Below, one piece after another: positions 59,154 through 64,000 of a DNA stretch of 64,000 nt; within the stretch, counting starts at the first letter, position 1; each line of letters starts with the position of its first letter. A program made the position numbers and the translations under genes. The stretch comes from a virus. Its lineage: Duplodnaviria; Caudoviricetes. The DNA lies in IMG/VR virus record IMGVR_UViG_3300008107_006173. One strand, 5' to 3'. The notes under the pieces were generated by a model. That model searched no databases, had not been told where the DNA came from, and saw nothing but the letters and a program-made list of their open reading frames with translations.

Positions 59154-60028
59154 ACGTCGTCGTATTCCTCGTGGGCAGGTCTTTCGCTTTCTACATTCTC
59201 TCTGAGAGCTCGTAGTTCTGCTTCGTGTGCAAGCTGACGGCTAAAGCTGGGCAAATGACCCTGCTCAATAAGAATATCGTCACGAATAGTTTGATTGCGC
59301 TTTTCTAAGTTTAGCACCCGGGTAAAGCTGTTGTTTACTGCGGCTGTGTAATAAGCAAATGGGTTATCTGATTTTGCTTCATTAAACTGTAAGCCAACTT
59401 GACTTAGCTGTACCAGTGCTTGCCCGCGCATTTCATCTACATAAGTGTAACCACGCCAGTTAGCACGATGGCTGTAACGCTCAACTAACTTTAGAAACAT
59501 AGTACCTAACTTGTTAGTGATACGACCGTGATCTACGCAGAACTCACCATTGCTTAAACTGCCCTGCCAATGACTGCGAACCACTTCTTTTAGTTCACCG
59601 TTTTGATATGCATAGTGTTTATAAGGAGGGAAGTTTACACGACTTTTTTCCTCGGCCTCATTTTTTGGATTTTTCTTACGACCAAATTCTTCAGGAATAT
59701 GTTCGTATGTCATTACACGGAAAACAATATCTTCGTCGGCAATATTGTCTATATCAATAGCAAACTCTTTTTGCTTAGGCTTATTACGATAGTCCTTGCT
59801 GTCAAAACTAGCCATTGCTTCAGCATATTGATCAGACTGCAATCTCGCTGCCTTATTCTCTTTTGCTTTCTTAATGTTCTTTTTGTTGATATCTTTTACA
59901 CTATCTAAAATTATATCGTACATTCCATACTTTTCATCTTCAATGAAGCAGTAAGTCATCTTACTCTTGTGAATTTCTTTTAATATGTCTTTATTATTTA
60001 GATAGTTTTGTTTTTTAATAGTTGTCAT
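59150..60028 (-). CDS. gp55: Late sigma factor, T4 gp55-like
   Basis: YLNNKDIL, NWRGYTYVDEM, KSDNPFAYYT; adjacent to gp47/gp46 as in T4. Confidence 0.85.
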   Translation of the reverse strand: MTTIKKQNYLNNKDILKEIHKSKMTYCFIEDEKYGMYDIILDSVKDINKKNIKKAKENKAARLQSDQYAEAMASFDSKDYRNKPKQKEFAIDIDNIADEDIVFRVMTYEHIPEEFGRKKNPKNEAEEKSRVNFPPYKHYAYQNGELKEVVRSHWQGSLSNGEFCVDHGRITNKLGTMFLKLVERYSHRANWRGYTYVDEMRGQALVQLSQVGLQFNEAKSDNPFAYYTAAVNNSFTRVLNLEKRNQTIRDDILIEQGHLPSFSRQLAHEAELRALRENVESERPAHEEYDDV

Positions 60029-60050
60029 GCGTTCTCCTGCAGTTTAACCC

Positions 60051-60078
60051 ATTATACATTCTTTTGTAGGATAGTCAA
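60051..60078 (-). promoter_or_regulatory. sigma70-like promoter TTGACT-N16-TATAAT
   Basis: Upstream of gp55-gp47-gp46. Confidence 0.75.
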
Positions 60079-60156
60079 TGTTTTTTAGTCCGGAAAATAC
60101 TTTTTTATAAACAGATATTTTAATTAAGTTGATAAATATTGTTGGAGGACTTATCA

Positions 60157-61071
60157 ATGTCTGCACAGTTATGGAATTCAACACAACGATCAATTGACAG
60201 CTTTTTAAGTAATAAAGCTGCTAATGCGCTTGGCGGTATTAAAAATCCATTCATAAAAGACATTGCAGGTGGCCTACTTAATTCATTCATTCCTGGCTTT
60301 GGCGGCGGCATCCCTGATTTTAGAGAATCTGCTTTTTCAACTCTAGTTGATAAAAGACAGCGTGCCGTTGACAACCAACTAAAATCTGTAATTTCTGTAT
60401 ACAGAGACAGCGAAGCAGCCGGAGCTCTACAGAATACTTATGATTGGAGAGCACGATTACGTCCTAAAAGCGGCGGTAAGGAAAAGTTCTATTCCGCCGG
60501 AACTGACGCAGATTACTTGTTGAGACCCATTAAAGAAAGTAATGGATTAGTTTGGCAGTACACCCCCTCGGTTACTATGGGCGGTACAGTTGAATACAAT
60601 CAAACGCTGCTACACGGAATGAACTACCCAATCAACACATTCATTAACAGCAGACCAAATGAAATCAACATCACCGGTGAGTTTACTGCAAATGATATCT
60701 ACGAAGCTAGATATATGTTAGCTATGTTGATCTTTATGAGAATTTCTACTAAAGCATATTTTGGCGATGCAGCGGTTGCAGAAGGTACTTTTGGAACCCC
60801 TCCCCCTGTGATGTTATTTGAATATTTGGGAGAACATGGGTTCAACAAAGTTCCTGTTGTGATTACCAGTTACGGTACTACATTACCTGATGACGTTGAT
60901 TATGTACCAGTAGTGTGCGGCCCCGGCGAAATGACCACTGTAACTTACCTTCCTACAAAACTAAACTTATCAGTAACACTAACGCCATCCTATACACCAC
61001 ATAAGGTAAGATCAAGATTTAATTTAACTGACGTGACCAATGGAAAAGCATATAAGCGTGGATTTATCTAA
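60157..61071 (+). CDS. Baseplate / tube-initiator-like protein
   Basis: Late promoter 60131-60138, GGAGG RBS; YTPSV..YNQ..HGMNYP, GTPPPV, F..VPVVI motifs. Confidence 0.65.
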   Translation: MSAQLWNSTQRSIDSFLSNKAANALGGIKNPFIKDIAGGLLNSFIPGFGGGIPDFRESAFSTLVDKRQRAVDNQLKSVISVYRDSEAAGALQNTYDWRARLRPKSGGKEKFYSAGTDADYLLRPIKESNGLVWQYTPSVTMGGTVEYNQTLLHGMNYPINTFINSRPNEINITGEFTANDIYEARYMLAMLIFMRISTKAYFGDAAVAEGTFGTPPPVMLFEYLGEHGFNKVPVVITSYGTTLPDDVDYVPVVCGPGEMTTVTYLPTKLNLSVTLTPSYTPHKVRSRFNLTDVTNGKAYKRGFI

Positions 61072-61385
61072 TGTCAACATTTTTTAGAAACGATAGCTTC
61101 TTAAAAGGAAGTTTACCACTAGGCGACAGGTTTTTAGATATTAATACCTTACCTAGAATACCTATCCTCGACGATGATGAACCTTATGTAATTGCTCATG
61201 GTTATGCTGAGCGCCCTGATTTGTTATCTTATGCATTATATGAAAATTCTCGCTTATGGTGGGTGTTTGCACTAAGAAATCCAGATGTATTGGTTGATCC
61301 TATCAGAGACTTTAAAGCAGGTACATTGATATATCTACCTAATAGTGTTACGGTTGATAATATTTTAAAGTATAGAGGTTCATAA
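61071..61385 (+). CDS. Baseplate wedge protein (gp53/LysM-like)
   Basis: YAERPDLLSYALY..RLWWVFALRNPD...DPI.DF.AG..IYLP. Confidence 0.8.
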   Translation: MSTFFRNDSFLKGSLPLGDRFLDINTLPRIPILDDDEPYVIAHGYAERPDLLSYALYENSRLWWVFALRNPDVLVDPIRDFKAGTLIYLPNSVTVDNILKYRGS

Positions 61386-61387
61386 TA

Positions 61388-64000
61388 ATGGCCGAAAATG
61401 TTACAAACGGCTCTGAGGCTGGTGGTAACAAGCCTAGCGTTCGTTCACCAGAGATTTTCGATCCATATCTAGGTCGTGTTTATGGCAATGTGTTAGACTT
61501 GTATGACACACCAACATACAATATTAAATTTGCATTAGTTAAGGACAAAGTACTTTCAGAAAGTGGTAGAGCAGCTTCAGCCAATTCCAGTGTAAGTGCT
61601 AATCAAACCTCAAGTAATCCTCGAGCAGACACACCATCTACAGGTAATACCACTGGAACTAACACCTCAGCTACTAGTGGCGCAGCAGCTAAGTCATTTA
61701 CTAGACCTGTAGCTGCTGGAGATATGGTTGTAATAGCGCAAACGGGTGTTACTGGTGTATTAATTGATGAAGTTGTAATGGAAACCGGTTTGGCGTCAGA
61801 CGCTAATTATTGGCCCACATCAATTGAACTAAAACTGGTACAGCCCGGCATGGCTAATCTAATAGACCAAATGCAGGTAGCTAGAAAATGGTTAGATGCT
61901 ACAGGAATAGCCAGAGGTGAAAATAAAAACACACGATTTTTAACCATGATTGAAATTTCATTTATGGGTAGAAAGGCTGACCCTGACGATGAAGATAAAG
62001 GTGGCAATCCCACAGTAGTTGATGGCCCATATGGATGGATTTGTACACTTAATGCTATAGATATTAAGGTAGATCAAACTGGAAGTTATTATCTAGTTAA
62101 TTTAACACCGTACGAAGGAATTTTATACAACGATAGGGATTTCCGCACACCGCATGAAGTTCAGTGTACTGGTAAAACTGTGAAAGAAGCGGTAGAAAAT
62201 TTTCAAGCTGTACTTAATGAAAGTTTAAGAGTTAATTTACCTAGTGATTATACTGATCCTGATGAATACTTTTTTGATACTAGTAGTTTATTAGGATCAG
62301 TTCCGCCGCTATTACCGGTCACTACACCGCTGAGAAGTTCCAGTAATCCTGATGTAAACAATCAAGGTGCAATTTCTAGCGGACAGGTGAGGGCAGAATT
62401 AAGAGCATCTACCACTACGGCTGATCCGTCATTGGTTAACACCGGTAAGTCGGAACCTGCTTATCAAGAATATACATTTACTGTAGCAGCTAAAACAGAT
62501 TTTTATAATTTCTTTGTTAAATTACTTTCGGTGTGCGATGACTTTGTTAACAAAATATCAAACTTATCAAATATCAACGATCCAACTTCTACCGCAAAGA
62601 AGGCTGCGGCAGTAAACTGGATATCAGTTGATATGGATGTTGAATACAAAAAGTTTGACAAAAAAAGAAATGATTATACTAAGAAAATCATTGTAAGACC
62701 GGTAATATACGAAACTGGGCGCCCAGATCTAGAACTAAAATTATTAAGTGCTGACGCTACAGATCAAACCAGTAGAAATCAAGAAAATGCAGCTACATTT
62801 AGACTGCAACAACTACGAAAAGAAAATAAGTTATTAAAATCATACAAATACTTGTTTACCGGATTAAATGATCAAATACTTAATCTTGAATTAAAATTTG
62901 ATCCAGGTACTACAATTTTACAAGCACCCAGAAATGGTATGATTGGTGATACCGAACTGATCACCGCACCTATGATGAATCCAACACAGCCATTGAATCA
63001 AGATCTTAGTACAGCAAGAGGATTGTTGGGGGCTGTAGATAAATTAAGAGATGCAACAAAGTTTGCTGATGTTCTTAAGAGTCTCAGTGATGGACAAATA
63101 GGAAATATTGCAAGGTCATTGGGCATTACTGCGGTTGCTGATGTTGAAACATTAAAGAACAGTATAAGAAGCGGCACACAACAAGCAGCAACAGATTTAG
63201 CTAATAGGCTTGGTTCTCAACGATTAAACCAAGTTGCCCAAGCTGCTGCTACTGCACAACAAGCAGCCGGCGCTGGCGGCGCCCCTACAATCACAAATCC
63301 AGATGGTACAACATACGATCCTGAAGCTTCGGGAGTTACTTATGCTGAAGATTTGCTTACAGATCTTATGGAAAGAGCCGGTGGACTAACATTAGATCAG
63401 ATTAGAGAAGCTGGCCTTGTTCGCGTAGGTGATATAAATGCACTTGATATGGTACCGTCAGTATCAACAGATGCTACGCCGGCCAGTAGCGGTCCAGCAA
63501 CCTCTATGATCGCCCGCCGCGGCTCGCCTTCGAATGTATTGTTTAATTACATATATACCAAACATGCAGCACCAGCGGCATTTCTTACTATTGATATGAC
63601 TATACGAGGAGATCCGTGGTACTTAGGTAGTGTAAAAGGGCGGTCTACCGCGGATGCTGGCGCATTTAATCAAACAGCCCAACCTCATGTTTTATTACAG
63701 GTAGCCACACCGCCCCCATTTGATTTAGATTTAAATGACGAAGATAATAACAGCGGTTATTGGAATATGAATGGATTGAGCAATTCATTCAGTGGCGTTT
63801 ATTTGCTTACGAGAGTAGTAAACAAATTTCAAAATGGAATGTTTACCTCAACAATATACGGCGCAAAACAATTTGATGTTCCGCTATTTAAAATTAGACC
63901 ATTAGAATTGCAATTCAATGATCGGGGTGAAAGAATTACTTTTGATTTGAACGGTATTGGTCCTGACGGCCGGCCTATCTCAGCCAGCGACAATGCTAAT
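61388..64000 (+). CDS. Large baseplate hub-like protein, truncated by window edge (not in ORF track)
   Basis: Read by hand as open for 871 codons; YKYLFTGLNDQIL, IRGDPWYL, FSGVYLLTRVVNKFQNGMF. Confidence 0.75.
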   Translation, partial: MAENVTNGSEAGGNKPSVRSPEIFDPYLGRVYGNVLDLYDTPTYNIKFALVKDKVLSESGRAASANSSVSANQTSSNPRADTPSTGNTTGTNTSATSGAAAKSFTRPVAAGDMVVIAQTGVTGVLIDEVVMETGLASDANYWPTSIELKLVQPGMANLIDQMQVARKWLDATGIARGENKNTRFLTMIEISFMGRKADPDDEDKGGNPTVVDGPYGWICTLNAIDIKVDQTGSYYLVNLTPYEGILYNDRDFRTPHEVQCTGKTVKEAVENFQAVLNESLRVNLPSDYTDPDEYFFDTSSLLGSVPPLLPVTTPLRSSSNPDVNNQGAISSGQVRAELRASTTTADPSLVNTGKSEPAYQEYTFTVAAKTDFYNFFVKLLSVCDDFVNKISNLSNINDPTSTAKKAAAVNWISVDMDVEYKKFDKKRNDYTKKIIVRPVIYETGRPDLELKLLSADATDQTSRNQENAATFRLQQLRKENKLLKSYKYLFTGLNDQILNLELKFDPGTTILQAPRNGMIGDTELITAPMMNPTQPLNQDLSTARGLLGAVDKLRDATKFADVLKSLSDGQIGNIARSLGITAVADVETLKNSIRSGTQQAATDLANRLGSQRLNQVAQAAATAQQAAGAGGAPTITNPDGTTYDPEASGVTYAEDLLTDLMERAGGLTLDQIREAGLVRVGDINALDMVPSVSTDATPASSGPATSMIARRGSPSNVLFNYIYTKHAAPAAFLTIDMTIRGDPWYLGSVKGRSTADAGAFNQTAQPHVLLQVATPPPFDLDLNDEDNNSGYWNMNGLSNSFSGVYLLTRVVNKFQNGMFTSTIYGAKQFDVPLFKIRPLELQFNDRGERITFDLNGIGPDGRPISASDNAN

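Overview
64 kb segment of a large lytic T4-like myovirus genome. Gene content and order resemble my recollection of the Rak2/GAP32/Atu_ph07-type jumbo phages; this was not checked by search. Standard genetic code. The window contains recombination/replication genes (AAA+ ATPase, uvsY, uvsX, gp32, gp46/47, late sigma gp55), packaging (terminase), a head module (portal, core, protease, scaffold, major capsid), neck and tail genes (gp13/14/15, sheath, tube, tape measure, baseplate) and repeat-rich fibre genes. Accessory blocks are a PLP enzyme-amidinotransferase-NDP-sugar epimerase trio, a radical SAM enzyme, a 2OG-Fe(II) oxygenase, and a late-promoter curli/type VIII secretion operon (csgF, csgG, two curlin-repeat proteins, FecR-domain protein, CHASE2 adenylate cyclase). 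Signals the ORF track misses: (1) a -1 frameshift cassette (slippery heptamer, strong hairpin, 78-codon frame with no usable start) at the end of the gp26-like gene beside the tape measure gene; (2) a ~530 nt ORF-free multi-hairpin element directly downstream of a small GIY-YIG nuclease; (3) six late genes whose ATG lies exactly 5 nt after the TAA(A/G)TA promoter core, implying leaderless mRNAs; (4) capsid-targeting-like N-termini. No tRNA, CRISPR array, integrase or reverse transcriptase was seen. All product calls come from motifs read by eye, not database searches.
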